DNA of 64,000 nt from Candidatus Poseidoniales archaeon (lineage in GTDB: Archaea > Thermoplasmatota > Poseidoniia > Poseidoniales > Thalassarchaeaceae), in assembly GCA_028821675.1 (NCBI GenBank), contig JAPKFG010000001.1, forward strand, positions 7,890 through 71,889, in the 5' to 3' direction. The number at the start of each line of letters is the position of its first letter. Within the stretch, counting starts at the first letter, position 1. Position numbers and translations under genes: made by a program. Positions 1 through 9,346 of the stretch are shown here, one piece after another. The notes beneath the pieces are model-generated. The model was not told the origin of the DNA. It saw only the letters and a program-made list of their open reading frames with translations, and did no database searches.

Positions 1-288
1 GGAACCCGAATCTACAACCCTGGCTGGCATCAAGCACTCGAGATTGGTGCCATGATTGACATCAGCAAGATGTGCGCCTTGGCAGCGTTGGCTCGTGAAG
101 AGAGTCGCGGCGGTCATACTCGTCTAGATTTCCCCACTCCGAATCACAAACACTGGGGAAAAATCAACAGCGTCATTGTGCTGAACACAGCAGGTGATAT
201 GGAATTGAGTCATGTGAAATATCCCCCGATTACTGATAATCTCAAGGAATTACTAGATGCGGACGACCTGCATGAGGAGGAAGAATGA
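1..288 (+). CDS. sdhA: succinate dehydrogenase/fumarate reductase flavoprotein subunit, C-terminal fragment (gene starts upstream of the window)
   Basis: Frame 1 is open from base 1 to a TGA at 286-288. The translation GTRIYNPGWHQALEIGAMIDISKMCALAALAREESRGGHTRLDFP matches the conserved SdhA/FrdA C-terminus (RESRGAH..R.DFP). sdhB follows 2 nt later. Confidence 0.85.
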   Translation, partial: GTRIYNPGWHQALEIGAMIDISKMCALAALAREESRGGHTRLDFPTPNHKHWGKINSVIVLNTAGDMELSHVKYPPITDNLKELLDADDLHEEEE

Positions 289-289
289 G

Positions 290-1051
290 ATGACTGACGA
301 TGTGACCTTCCGAGTCTTCCGGGGCGAACCTGATGAAGAGGGTGTGCCGACAGGAGAAATGGTTGACTACACCGTCGAGATGGATGAGGGCATGGTTGTT
401 CTCGATGTCATTCATCGAATCCAAGCAGAGCATGCACCAGATCTATCCTGCCGCTGGAATTGCAAGGCTGGAAAATGTGGTTCTTGCAGCGCAGAAGTCA
501 ATGGCAAGTCTCGGCTGATGTGCATGACGAGAATGGAAGACATCATGGAAGAGACCCCAGAGAATACTCCTGTGGTTGTCAAGCCGATGCAAGCTTTCCC
601 ACTCACCAAGGATTTGGTGAGTGATGTACAGTGGGCCTATGATCTCAACAAGACCATCCCCCCCCTCAAAGGCCCGGATGAAATGGATTGGAAATTCGAC
701 CAGATTGAAGCAGATCGAGTTCAAGAGTTCCGCTCTTGCATCGAGTGTATGCTGTGTGTCAACACATGTCACGTCATGAGAGAACACCAATTGTTTGACG
801 AATTTGCGGGCCCTCGCTTCTTTGTGCGCTTGGCCAATCTCGAAATGCATCCGATGGACGAAGAAAATCGCTTGGAGATGATCAAGGATGATTATGGAAT
901 CGGGTATTGTAACATCACGAGATGTTGCACCGATGTTTGCCCGGCAGGAATCAACATCACAGACAATGCAATCATTCCTCTAAAGGAACGCCTCGTCACG
1001 GAATATTATGATCCAATTGCAATGATTGCAAAGAAGATTGGACTGCGTTGA
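290..1051 (+). CDS. sdhB: succinate dehydrogenase iron-sulfur subunit
   Basis: Has the 2Fe-2S motif CRWNCKAGKCGSCSAEVNG plus cysteine clusters CIECMLCVNTC and CNITRCCTDVCP, typical of SdhB. GGAGGA lies upstream of the ATG at 290. An alternative in-frame ATG at 257 overlaps the sdhA end. Confidence 0.85.
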   Translation: MTDDVTFRVFRGEPDEEGVPTGEMVDYTVEMDEGMVVLDVIHRIQAEHAPDLSCRWNCKAGKCGSCSAEVNGKSRLMCMTRMEDIMEETPENTPVVVKPMQAFPLTKDLVSDVQWAYDLNKTIPPLKGPDEMDWKFDQIEADRVQEFRSCIECMLCVNTCHVMREHQLFDEFAGPRFFVRLANLEMHPMDEENRLEMIKDDYGIGYCNITRCCTDVCPAGINITDNAIIPLKERLVTEYYDPIAMIAKKIGLR

Positions 1052-1099
1052 TTCAATGCGCCACTAATTGATTAATAATTGAATTAAAAAAAGGCCCGC

Positions 1100-1121
1100 C
1101 AGAGGCACCGAAGCGCCTCTG
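1100..1121. terminator. hairpin between convergent sdhB and MC1 genes, likely a bidirectional terminator
   Basis: CAGAGGC / GCCTCTG 7-bp stem with an 8-nt loop. It is flanked by an A7 run (1086-1092, which reads T7 on the minus strand) and by T-rich sequence on the plus strand after 1121. Confidence 0.4.
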
Positions 1122-1173
1122 ACAAGCCTGTGTGTTATCTTGTTGTTACCGAATCAGATTCTTTCGTTTCCAA

Positions 1174-1452
1174 TCAAAGGTGATCAACGCGCTGCTTCTT
1201 GACGTTGGCTTTCTTAATCATGCCCGCCTTCTTCAGCCATGCCGGCGCTGAGGCCGGTGGTTTCACCATTGTTATCTCGCCCTTGAAGACGTGAACACGC
1301 TTGGTGCCACGCTCTCTCAGGTGTATGTCGGTTGCGCCACGAGTGGCTGCCTTCAGAGCCGCGCCTCGAGGCTGGCGGCTTGCGAAGACCTGGCTTGTGT
1401 CTTTTCCGTTCTCCATCAGAACAAAATATTTCTTATCTCCCATGAGTTTCAC
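1174..1452 (-). CDS. non-histone chromosomal protein MC1
   Basis: 92 aa, basic. The block QVFASRQPRGAALKAATRG..IHLRERGTKRVHVFKGE resembles Methanosarcina/haloarchaeal MC1 (TPRQAALKAA.RG..I.LRERGTKK.H.F.G). GAGGTGA lies 5 nt upstream of the ATG at 1452. Confidence 0.7.
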   Translation of the reverse strand: MKLMGDKKYFVLMENGKDTSQVFASRQPRGAALKAATRGATDIHLRERGTKRVHVFKGEITMVKPPASAPAWLKKAGMIKKANVKKQRVDHL

Positions 1453-1901
1453 CTCGAATAATACGCATTCTAGACCCTCCTTAAGGGTTACCCTAGTTAA
1501 ACGCTATACTGCGCCCCAAAATGGGGTATTTCTGATTTTTCGACATACTGTATAAAGTTGGTCGCAGGGTGCCGAAAATGATGAGTTTCTATGGAGAAAA
1601 GAGAAACCTAGACACCCATTCTCTTCTAGGCTTAGCAGTACAACGATTCGTTTGAAAATTGTCGATTTGAAGAATGGTTATCTTTGAAGGCGTTCTCAAT
1701 CAAGGAGGGGGATTACTAAGAAATATTGTGAGAAAATCATACGGCGACTCCTAAACGTGCCCCTGTATCCGATAATGCTTGAATCGACTCTGGAATGAGT
1801 AACTGAAATTGAGGATTCACAAATCGAGTGAATGCGAGAATGAATCTAGATGCTGAGATCAGTTAGACTCAATCATGTACAATAATCAATAATTAATCGG
1901 C

Positions 1902-4900
1902 TCATTCTTCTTCATTAATGATTCCAAGAATCTCCACATCGGAACTCTGCGTTTCATTCTCTTCGCGATAAGCTTCTATCTGTTCTTGAGTCCAACCTAC
2001 AGCAAGTAATTGTTCATCGCTCCATGCTTCCGTTTCCTGAGTTTCTAATCCAGCCATTTCAGATAGAATCTCGTCTGAGATGTCTTCATCTCTCTTGGCC
2101 CAGGCATGGTCAGGCAATTCATCATCTTCCTCAATGGGCATCTCTTCTCGGCGGCCAATCAATATCGATGTGAGTGCGATAAGCAGAATGAGTATAACAA
2201 AAATTCCGGCCACTGTGATGGTCGATGATGAACCATCCATACCTTGCTGAGTAGTGTTTTCTTCACTTGTTGTAACTGGAATAGCCTCGCGCGCGCGTAG
2301 GAGAAATGATTCCGATACTGAGAGTGATGTCTCATCGAGGCAAGCGAAGTAGAGTGTATGATTGGCTTCCGAACGTCCCGGTGGAGTCCATTCTTGAACC
2401 CACAACCCATCTGGTTCGGGGTGGTAAATTTGTGAAAACAATGTAATCTCATCTTTATCCTTCAGTAGGACAGAACACTCCATATTTTCAATTCCATCAG
2501 GGTCGCTAATTTCTACAATCAACGTCGACGTATTACCAGAAATTAATTCGATCGGCATCCGTGAGAAATCCAATTCTGGCTCGGAACCTCGTAATTCAAA
2601 AATCAATGTTTCTGAAAGTCCGGTTGTTCCATCGATATCTCTTAGATTCACGACCAATTCTACAGCCCCCAATGGCCAAGTCAAGAGATCGTCTGGATTG
2701 AGTTCCATTCGATAATATTGGGTGTGTTGTCCGGTTCCAGGCGCACAGGATGCAGGCGGAACTCCCTGTTCAAAGAAAATTGAACTAAATGCACTAGATG
2801 TGGGACCGGTAGGACCCAATCGAATACCTGCGTACTGTATGGGTCGTCCTCCTGTAATTCCAACCCAAATATCCGTACCTTCGGCACCCCGATTTATTGT
2901 ATCCACCAATATGTCATTCACACACAACGTGGGTGTCGAAATTTGAGGAGGGCTCAGGAACACGGGATGAGTCCAAGACCATTCCATATCAGCCCATATT
3001 CCACTCGTGATTCGAGTCGAAATAGACGCATCGCCAGATTCAAGATCGGGTGGAGCGGTGACGACATCTCCTTCCAACATTTGGTACCCTGCCCCAGGCC
3101 ATTCGATACTTGTCTCAACAGAATAGCTGGCTTGAGGGTCATCTTCGTCAATGATGTGAACCTGTATGCGATCTTGAGCCCCATCAAGATATGATTGACC
3201 ACCAATCGTCAATTCTGCATTCGGTGCCAAATCGATGGGCGTCAAACTGCGATTAGACCATTCAGTTCCATCTGCATGGAGGCTGATGAAAACAGGATCG
3301 AGGGTGCCGCCTGCTTGCGGTCTCCAAGAAGTCTGGTAACAGGTTTGACTGCCGCTAGTACTGGATACTGAAGGCGTGGGCAATTCATTGCCATCGACTC
3401 GGATTGAAGGGGTCTCAGTCTCGGTATTGTGATCCAAATCAATCACACATGCAGTCATCGCGTGATCTCTTCCACGAACCCAACCAGATGTGCCGTGTAT
3501 GGGTGGATCGATGCCGAGCCAAGGAGCCATGTCAGCCCCTTGGACATGAACACCATACCATGTTGCACTCGCATCCGTGATATTGAATGCGGCATCCCAG
3601 AAGGCCTCGACGCTCAACTCTTGTGCATCGTGAACGACCCAATAGAGATCCACACTGTCGAGAGGAGCGTCAGTTGGAAGGGAAATCGCCGCGGTCCAAA
3701 TCACGCCATCATTCTGTGAAGTGGCCGTAATCGGGAAGTATGTAGGATTGCTAGAATTGTTGTATCGCCAAGACAAGGTCGCTCCTGCGATACCAAAATC
3801 ATCGATGACGGAAATTCGACAAATGACCACACCGCCACGTGTCGCCGTCGTCGTTGAACAAGTCAATTCATCAATGGCCGGAGGTGCGTTAATTTCAATG
3901 TTCAGCAACGCGAGATTGTTGTCGACAACACGTTCGGGGTGTGCGTTCTCTGGAATCCAACGAACCAAGAATTCCACGAATCCTGTTCGAACTGGAGTGA
4001 CGTTTATGGGCAAGATGAGGCGACTTCCTACATCATTTCCACCTGGAATGGTCATCGAATGATTGGCCAAGAGAAGATTGTTTTGTCGATCCCTCACTTC
4101 AAGGAAACCGGTCGCTATGCCTGGAGCGAGATTCTCTAACAAAACCTCAAGCGTTCCGTTCTCTCCAATGGACAAACGATCAGGGGCGCGGACTTCAGAG
4201 ACGTTTACATCATGCAGACGGTCACCGTAGGCAGCCATCTTAGGATCTCCAATCACTGTGCCCATCCAAGAGAGAAGAACATTGGATGCCGCATAACATT
4301 CGGCCATCGTGTAACCATCTGCATAGCATGAGAACAATTGGTCTGGATTCGAAATAGCAGATAGATAGGGCTCGTAGACATAGCCTTTGACGCCAGAGAC
4401 GCCGTCATCAAGCAAATCAGCGATCAAACTCTGTCCGTAACTAGAATTGAACATGAATGTCCGTCCACCTGTACTCACGGCCGTCTCCGCAATACTGCCA
4501 TCTAACCAAGTGAAGTGAGGGCGAATTGGGTACAGTTTCAACGTATCAAAGAAAATCGAACCATTGTATGTTCCATCGGTGAATTCAGCAACTTGACGAA
4601 CAGCAAAACTAGTGGCACTTGCATCGGGGCGATATCGAAGTTGGCGGTTCTGCCAATCATCCGAGAAGGCCCTATCCTCAGAGGTGTTGACTGATAGCGA
4701 TGCGCCATTTGAATCGAAAGCTTCGACCTCTAGCCACCAATCACCTTCAACCCAACCTTCTCGCATCGAATATCCATCAAGAACCCAGGCATGTCCCTCA
4801 AAGTCGGCGTCGATGTCAAACACTTGTTCAACATAGGCAATCGAGTTGTTTGTGGTATTGAAGGTCGGACAAATCCATACGATTTCATCATGGACATCTG

Positions 4901-7031
4901 CAACCTCTTCTTCTGTCAGGGCAGCATCCCAAATTTGCACCTCGTCAATGACCCCGGTGAAATGTGTACTGCCAGCACGATTGACACCGAATTTGTAGAT
5001 TTCAATGCTGTTCACTGTCCCGTTGAGGACAGTCTGATTGAGCACCTCCACACCATCCAGATAGAGAGTTACGGTGTCATTAACGAAGGTGGCGACAAGG
5101 TGTTGCCAAACCGTTGGGTCGACCGCTCCGAAATTGTATGAGGAGTTGTGATACAATTCCCAATCTCCGGGGCTGCCACCTCCAGTCATAATTTGGAAAG
5201 AATCGTCATCTCCAGCAACATCATTCACGGCAATCGCTGAAGAATATCGTGGCTGCCCACTGTGATTGGCCTGAACCCAGAGGCTGACTGTGAAATCTGC
5301 CATAGTATCTTCGACGTCTACTCGGGCTTCATCATCCACACCATCAAAAAAGGCACAATTGCCCAAGACACAGGTTCGCCATTGGTTGCCATTGGTACCG
5401 GTGAAATTGAGATGAGCAGAACCCACAGAATCGTTGGCAACATCGCCGCTGTTCTCATCGAATTCCCAATGATGAATCAGGTCCACTTCTCTAACGGGAT
5501 AACTGCTTCCTCGTGTCAATACATTGGTTGGGACAGTTTGTTTGGACAAGCCCGGGCCTTCCCATTTGAGTTCCAATCCAGCATATCCACCATGCTCAAA
5601 GAATTCAGTTCGAAGTTCGTGTTCTCCCGCACCTAACCAGACTGTACCTGATCGCTCTTGCATGGCGTGGTGACCCTGATTGTCGACAATTTCGACATCA
5701 TCAATCCATAATTTTGATCCATCATCGCTTCGTAGATAAAACGTCCAATTACCAGCGGTTGGAATGTGAATGATGCCTGTGTGTCTTGCGCTCCAGTATT
5801 CAAGGAAGCGACTATCGAGGCCCGTCCAAGCGTTTTGTGTTGATGGCCAATCGAGATTCGGTTCATGCCGAACAAAATCTGGAGTTCGGTTCGAAAGGTT
5901 GACCATCGTGCTGACGTTGTATGTGACGCCATTGTTGTCGAAGTATTCAGCCAGCAGTCCATTGGTTGTCGACGCATCATTGGCCCCACATGAGGCGTCC
6001 TCAAGACGACCCTCCATCGCTGCATTTCCATTTCGTTTAGTCTCAGTCTGGCGGGCCCACCACCATTGTTCTCCAGGTGAAAGCGCTGGACCAATACCGT
6101 CCCAATATCGAGCGCCCGTCGGCCAACTGCCGTCGGATGTGTCGTAACCGGAATTGGACAACTCATTGCTGTCCCAAGAATCATCGTTGCTGCCCCAAGC
6201 GGAATACATTGAGAGGTTCTCCATATCGGTAACATAGGTACCATTCTGATTGAAGTGAACTGGGAAGCCCATGTTCGTCAGAGTTTCATTCGTTGTGTAG
6301 AGTAGGTCATTCCACCACTTGTATCCAGATCCATTTCGATTGGTAGCCAAATCGAGGACGGTTAATCCGTGTTGTCCCAAACTGGTGTTGGCTTTGGCGA
6401 TTAACCCCAAGGATGTATCGACATCATAACCGGTCAACCGAGTGACCAAATAGTACCCTTGCTCATCTCTCTGAAATGCTTTCATCTCATTGCCTGCAGC
6501 AGGCCCGTAGTTTGAATCGACATACCAATCAGCGAAGATGGATGGAGCATAGGGTCCGTCGATTAGGGCCAATTCTGAATCAAAGGAGGCACGAGAATTG
6601 GTCCCACCGTTGACACCGAGAGGTACGCCCTTCGTGGTGACTAGGACATTGATTTCAGTTAGATTACGTTCAGAAATCATCTGCAAAATAGGATTAGAGA
6701 AATAGGTCGTGAATTGATTGGAATTGATGATCTCGCTTGTTGGTGTGCTTTCATTTGTCAATAGAAGGACACGTTCCGGAGGGATATTGCGGGCCAGAGC
6801 GAAGGCGGTACCGATAGTTCGGCTCGCCTCACTTTGATTGTTGATGATGACTGCGACATCACTGTAGTCGGCAAAGGTTTGATGGGAAAATGGTTCCAGT
6901 ACGGCCACATCTCTGAACGGGGCTTCCTCCCACGCGTCCGCGTCGGCCCTCGCTTCCTCTGGAAGCGATACTGCGGTCCAACTCTGTAGTGAAATCAAGA
7001 GGACGAGGACGATGGCCAAGCGAGAGCGCAC
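1902..7031 (-). CDS. giant secreted surface glycoprotein (1709 aa) with PA14 and LamG-like domains, C-terminal TM anchor and acidic tail
   Basis: GTG start with GGTGA upstream. The N-terminal signal peptide is MRSRLAIVLVLLISLQSWTAVSLP. The PA14-like segment is LLAEYFDNNG...WTFYLRSDDGSKLWIDDVEIVDN. The LamG-like segment is CAFFDGVDDEARVD...TVTLYLDGVEV. There are dozens of N-x-S/T sequons. The C-terminal TM helix is ITVAGIFVILILLIALTSILIG, followed by a Glu/Asp-rich tail ending INEEE. Confidence 0.8.
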   Translation of the reverse strand: MRSRLAIVLVLLISLQSWTAVSLPEEARADADAWEEAPFRDVAVLEPFSHQTFADYSDVAVIINNQSEASRTIGTAFALARNIPPERVLLLTNESTPTSEIINSNQFTTYFSNPILQMISERNLTEINVLVTTKGVPLGVNGGTNSRASFDSELALIDGPYAPSIFADWYVDSNYGPAAGNEMKAFQRDEQGYYLVTRLTGYDVDTSLGLIAKANTSLGQHGLTVLDLATNRNGSGYKWWNDLLYTTNETLTNMGFPVHFNQNGTYVTDMENLSMYSAWGSNDDSWDSNELSNSGYDTSDGSWPTGARYWDGIGPALSPGEQWWWARQTETKRNGNAAMEGRLEDASCGANDASTTNGLLAEYFDNNGVTYNVSTMVNLSNRTPDFVRHEPNLDWPSTQNAWTGLDSRFLEYWSARHTGIIHIPTAGNWTFYLRSDDGSKLWIDDVEIVDNQGHHAMQERSGTVWLGAGEHELRTEFFEHGGYAGLELKWEGPGLSKQTVPTNVLTRGSSYPVREVDLIHHWEFDENSGDVANDSVGSAHLNFTGTNGNQWRTCVLGNCAFFDGVDDEARVDVEDTMADFTVSLWVQANHSGQPRYSSAIAVNDVAGDDDSFQIMTGGGSPGDWELYHNSSYNFGAVDPTVWQHLVATFVNDTVTLYLDGVEVLNQTVLNGTVNSIEIYKFGVNRAGSTHFTGVIDEVQIWDAALTEEEVADVHDEIVWICPTFNTTNNSIAYVEQVFDIDADFEGHAWVLDGYSMREGWVEGDWWLEVEAFDSNGASLSVNTSEDRAFSDDWQNRQLRYRPDASATSFAVRQVAEFTDGTYNGSIFFDTLKLYPIRPHFTWLDGSIAETAVSTGGRTFMFNSSYGQSLIADLLDDGVSGVKGYVYEPYLSAISNPDQLFSCYADGYTMAECYAASNVLLSWMGTVIGDPKMAAYGDRLHDVNVSEVRAPDRLSIGENGTLEVLLENLAPGIATGFLEVRDRQNNLLLANHSMTIPGGNDVGSRLILPINVTPVRTGFVEFLVRWIPENAHPERVVDNNLALLNIEINAPPAIDELTCSTTTATRGGVVICRISVIDDFGIAGATLSWRYNNSSNPTYFPITATSQNDGVIWTAAISLPTDAPLDSVDLYWVVHDAQELSVEAFWDAAFNITDASATWYGVHVQGADMAPWLGIDPPIHGTSGWVRGRDHAMTACVIDLDHNTETETPSIRVDGNELPTPSVSSTSGSQTCYQTSWRPQAGGTLDPVFISLHADGTEWSNRSLTPIDLAPNAELTIGGQSYLDGAQDRIQVHIIDEDDPQASYSVETSIEWPGAGYQMLEGDVVTAPPDLESGDASISTRITSGIWADMEWSWTHPVFLSPPQISTPTLCVNDILVDTINRGAEGTDIWVGITGGRPIQYAGIRLGPTGPTSSAFSSIFFEQGVPPASCAPGTGQHTQYYRMELNPDDLLTWPLGAVELVVNLRDIDGTTGLSETLIFELRGSEPELDFSRMPIELISGNTSTLIVEISDPDGIENMECSVLLKDKDEITLFSQIYHPEPDGLWVQEWTPPGRSEANHTLYFACLDETSLSVSESFLLRAREAIPVTTSEENTTQQGMDGSSSTITVAGIFVILILLIALTSILIGRREEMPIEEDDELPDHAWAKRDEDISDEILSEMAGLETQETEAWSDEQLLAVGWTQEQIEAYREENETQSSDVEILGIINEEE

Positions 7032-7054
7032 GGAATGTCACCCATACCCTGAAC

Positions 7055-7109
7055 TTTTCACCGTGTCGGCACCATGAGAACCGGCACCATAGGTGCCGTA
7101 AGGTGAAAA
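7055..7109. promoter_or_regulatory. GC-rich inverted-repeat element in the divergent promoter region of the giant surface protein gene and the macro-domain gene
   Basis: TTTTCACCGTGTCGGCACC ... GGTGCCGTAAGGTGAAAA imperfect palindrome, with an internal GGCACC/GGTGCC. The same TGCCGACAC/GTGTCGGCA core is found upstream of the second giant gene at 25060-25092. Confidence 0.35.
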
Positions 7110-7161
7110 TGAGGCGTTTTCGGCGATGGGCATAAATCCCACCGCCCCCCCCTGTCAATGT

Positions 7162-7800
7162 ATGTCCGACGTAATCATCGCTAGGGAATGCCGTCATTCC
7201 ATGTTACGAGTGATTGCAGGGGACCTAACTCGATACGAAGCTCAAGTCGCAGTCACATGTGCCAGCAATCGTCTTGCTGGACGTGAAGGTTTGGATGCCA
7301 AGATGCACACTGCAGCAGGCGAAAAATTGCGCGAGACTTGTGTCGAGATCGGAAAAATACAGCGGGCTCAAAATCTGCAGCCTTGTCCCGTGGGAACTGC
7401 TGTGACAACCGTTGCCTTTGATTTACCTCACGAACACTTGATTCATGTCGTTGGCCCAGATTGTCGTCGGCCCAGTCAAGATGAAGGACGTCGAGAACTC
7501 ATTGTCAAAGCCTACGAAGCGATGTTTGAGCAAGTAGCAGCATTGGGTGGTGTGGAAACGATTGTTTGCCCACCACTTTCCATGGGCATCTATGCTTATC
7601 CTCATCGCGAAGGCGCACGGATGACAATGGAGATTCTACTCGGTTGGCTCGATGCAGAAGAACAACCTGGTGTGAATGATTTTGTGTTGCTTGTAAATGA
7701 CGAAATGTTTGTCAAAAATTTGAAAACGGTCTACCGAGAATCTGAAGACCAATTTCCTGGCGTAGATTGTACACGAAAATTCCGCAAACGCCGCTTCTGA
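7162..7800 (+). CDS. macro domain protein (ADP-ribose / O-acetyl-ADP-ribose processing family)
   Basis: VIAGDLTRYEAQVAVTCASNRLAG..GLDAKMHTAAGEKL...IHVVGP...LGGVETIVCPPLSMGIYAYP matches the macro domain signature (IxxGDIT..ad.IVNAAN..L.GGGV..AIh.aaG, G-x-Y-G). The start is uncertain; alternative ATGs lie at 7126 and 7204. Confidence 0.7.
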   Translation: MSDVIIARECRHSMLRVIAGDLTRYEAQVAVTCASNRLAGREGLDAKMHTAAGEKLRETCVEIGKIQRAQNLQPCPVGTAVTTVAFDLPHEHLIHVVGPDCRRPSQDEGRRELIVKAYEAMFEQVAALGGVETIVCPPLSMGIYAYPHREGARMTMEILLGWLDAEEQPGVNDFVLLVNDEMFVKNLKTVYRESEDQFPGVDCTRKFRKRRF

Positions 7801-7801
7801 T

Positions 7802-7873
7802 GCGCACGTGATCTAGCGGTTATGATGTATGGTTCCCAACCATGCCACCCGGATTCAAATTCCGGCGTGCGCA
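7802..7873 (+). tRNA. tRNA-Gly(CCC): tRNA-Gly (anticodon CCC)
   Basis: The acceptor stem GCGCACG/CGTGCGC is 7 bp. The anticodon stem TATGG/CCATG flanks the loop TTCCCAA, and the T arm is CCGGA-TTCAAAT-TCCGG. U8, GG in the D loop, U33 and discriminator A are present. CCA is not encoded. Confidence 0.8.
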
Positions 7874-7874
7874 C

Positions 7875-8384
7875 TTAATGTCCAAACAAGGGTTCTTCGT
7901 AATCGTCATCAGAAAGCGTTCGCCATAGCCCATCTGGAACATCATCGTAAACACCGGCATAGGGATCATCGTTGGAAAGTCGCTTCTTGGGTTTCTCAAG
8001 AGCATTCAGAGCTTCAGGCTTGAACTTCCAGTAGTGAATTCGCCATTCTCGACCATCCCATAGAGTCGTTTCTTCGGACTCAGTTGTGAGGAGATCGTAA
8101 TCTTGAAACATGTAGAACAGGTTTCTGTCAGTGGGCTCTAGGGCATTGTCGATGATTCGATCGTAAAACCCGAAGAACCCAAGTGCGTGTTCAGCCATAC
8201 CTTCAGCGGTCATGGTTTCCATATCGGGATCAATGTGAGTTTGAATCGCCGCTGTCAATGATGCTAGACTCATTCCCATCTCTATTGTCCCCCAAACGGC
8301 GTGTTGGTACATCGCCGGTTGATATAGGGGAGTAGCCGGTCCTATTTCAACGGTTGGCGGTTTTCGCCCCGAAGGGGCGTACAT
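7875..8384 (-). CDS. hypothetical protein (acidic, no recognisable domain)
   Basis: 169-aa ORF with no recognisable motifs. The true start may be an internal Met near 8312, because the upstream 30 nt overlap the agmatinase start. Protein-like composition. Confidence 0.4.
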   Translation of the reverse strand: MYAPSGRKPPTVEIGPATPLYQPAMYQHAVWGTIEMGMSLASLTAAIQTHIDPDMETMTAEGMAEHALGFFGFYDRIIDNALEPTDRNLFYMFQDYDLLTTESEETTLWDGREWRIHYWKFKPEALNALEKPKKRLSNDDPYAGVYDDVPDGLWRTLSDDDYEEPLFGH

Positions 8385-9346
8385 TATGCTGTTTCGTCAC
8401 GATTAAACGGTTGATTCCACGCGTCCAGAATGTGACCGAGTTTGCGCAAGGGACCTTTCTCGGATTGCCCGAGAGCGAAGATGTGGCTGATGTTGCCATT
8501 CTCTCTGTTCCATACGAGTTGACAACTTCCTACGGTCAAGGGACCTGTGCTGGACCTGAAGCTGCCCTACGAGCATCCGCTCAAGTGGAATTGTATGACC
8601 CTCTTCTACCCGAGGATCTACCCTGTGGATTCACCCTACACACGGCCCAACCGTGGGATGGAGTGGGGGGTAATCTTCAGGAACAATTGGAAGGTATCAC
8701 TAACTATGTTTCACAGTTTCAATCATCATTTCCAATCATCTTGGGTGGGGAACATGGGATGCTGCCAGCGATTATGAAGGCTGTTTCTCAACAAGTGGAT
8801 TTGAGCGAAATTACTCTCGTCCAAATCGATGCTCACGCAGATTTACGTGACGAACTCGATGGTGAACCTGACAGTCACGCCTGTGCTGCGCGTCGCTCAT
8901 TGGATCTAGGTGTCGGCAAGATTCTACAAATCGGAATTCGAGCCTTTGCTCGCGAAGAAGCGACATTTGCAGCCGAAGATGCGCGGGTGGAATCATGGCT
9001 TGCCCGGGATGTATTGAATCCGTGCGGAGGCGAGGCGATGTGGCTCAATTGGTTGAACACCCTCTCCGAGATTGAAGGCCCTGTCTGGTTGACACTGGAT
9101 ATAGACGGTTTGGATGTCGCCTATGTTCCAACCACGGGAACCCCAGTTCCTGGAGGCTTGGCATATTGGCAAGTTGTGGAGACCATCGAAACCATCGCAT
9201 CGGCACCGGGTGCCAATTGGTTGGGGGCGGATGTCAACGAAATCGTGCCCGATTCCAATAATCATGTGACTGAATTCACAGCAGCAATGTTGGCAACCAA
9301 GATTGTGGCCGCCCATCTTGCACGTAGATTGGAGGATGAAGCATGA
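8354..9346 (+). CDS. speB: agmatinase (arginase/ureohydrolase family)
   Basis: Mn-binding motifs of the arginase family are present: GGEHGM, DAHADLRD, LTLDIDGLD and DVAYVPTTGTPVPGGL (the SxDxDxxDP-type loop). The N-terminus FLGLP...DVAILSVPYELTTSYGQGTCAGPEA is typical of SpeB. Confidence 0.8.
   Translation: MAVFAPKGRTLCCFVTIKRLIPRVQNVTEFAQGTFLGLPESEDVADVAILSVPYELTTSYGQGTCAGPEAALRASAQVELYDPLLPEDLPCGFTLHTAQPWDGVGGNLQEQLEGITNYVSQFQSSFPIILGGEHGMLPAIMKAVSQQVDLSEITLVQIDAHADLRDELDGEPDSHACAARRSLDLGVGKILQIGIRAFAREEATFAAEDARVESWLARDVLNPCGGEAMWLNWLNTLSEIEGPVWLTLDIDGLDVAYVPTTGTPVPGGLAYWQVVETIETIASAPGANWLGADVNEIVPDSNNHVTEFTAAMLATKIVAAHLARRLEDEA

Noticed and set aside
1301-1555. 84-aa plus-strand ORF
   Set aside because: It overlaps the MC1 gene on the opposite strand and has an arginine/serine-rich antisense-type composition.
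2159-6244. Numerous 60-200 aa ORFs on both strands inside 1902-7031
   Set aside because: They are all nested in the single 1709-aa reading frame, which has a signal peptide, coherent domains and a C-terminal anchor. These are shadow ORFs.
6859-7197. 112-aa minus-strand ORF spanning the giant-gene start and the macro-domain gene start
   Set aside because: It crosses a divergent promoter region containing the inverted-repeat element, and it is Gly/Arg-rich junk.
7802-7873. tRNA genes as integration sites for a mobile element, with a genomic island downstream
   Set aside because: No integrase, transposase or direct repeat of the tRNA 3-prime end was found near either tRNA. The flanking genes are ordinary chromosomal genes.
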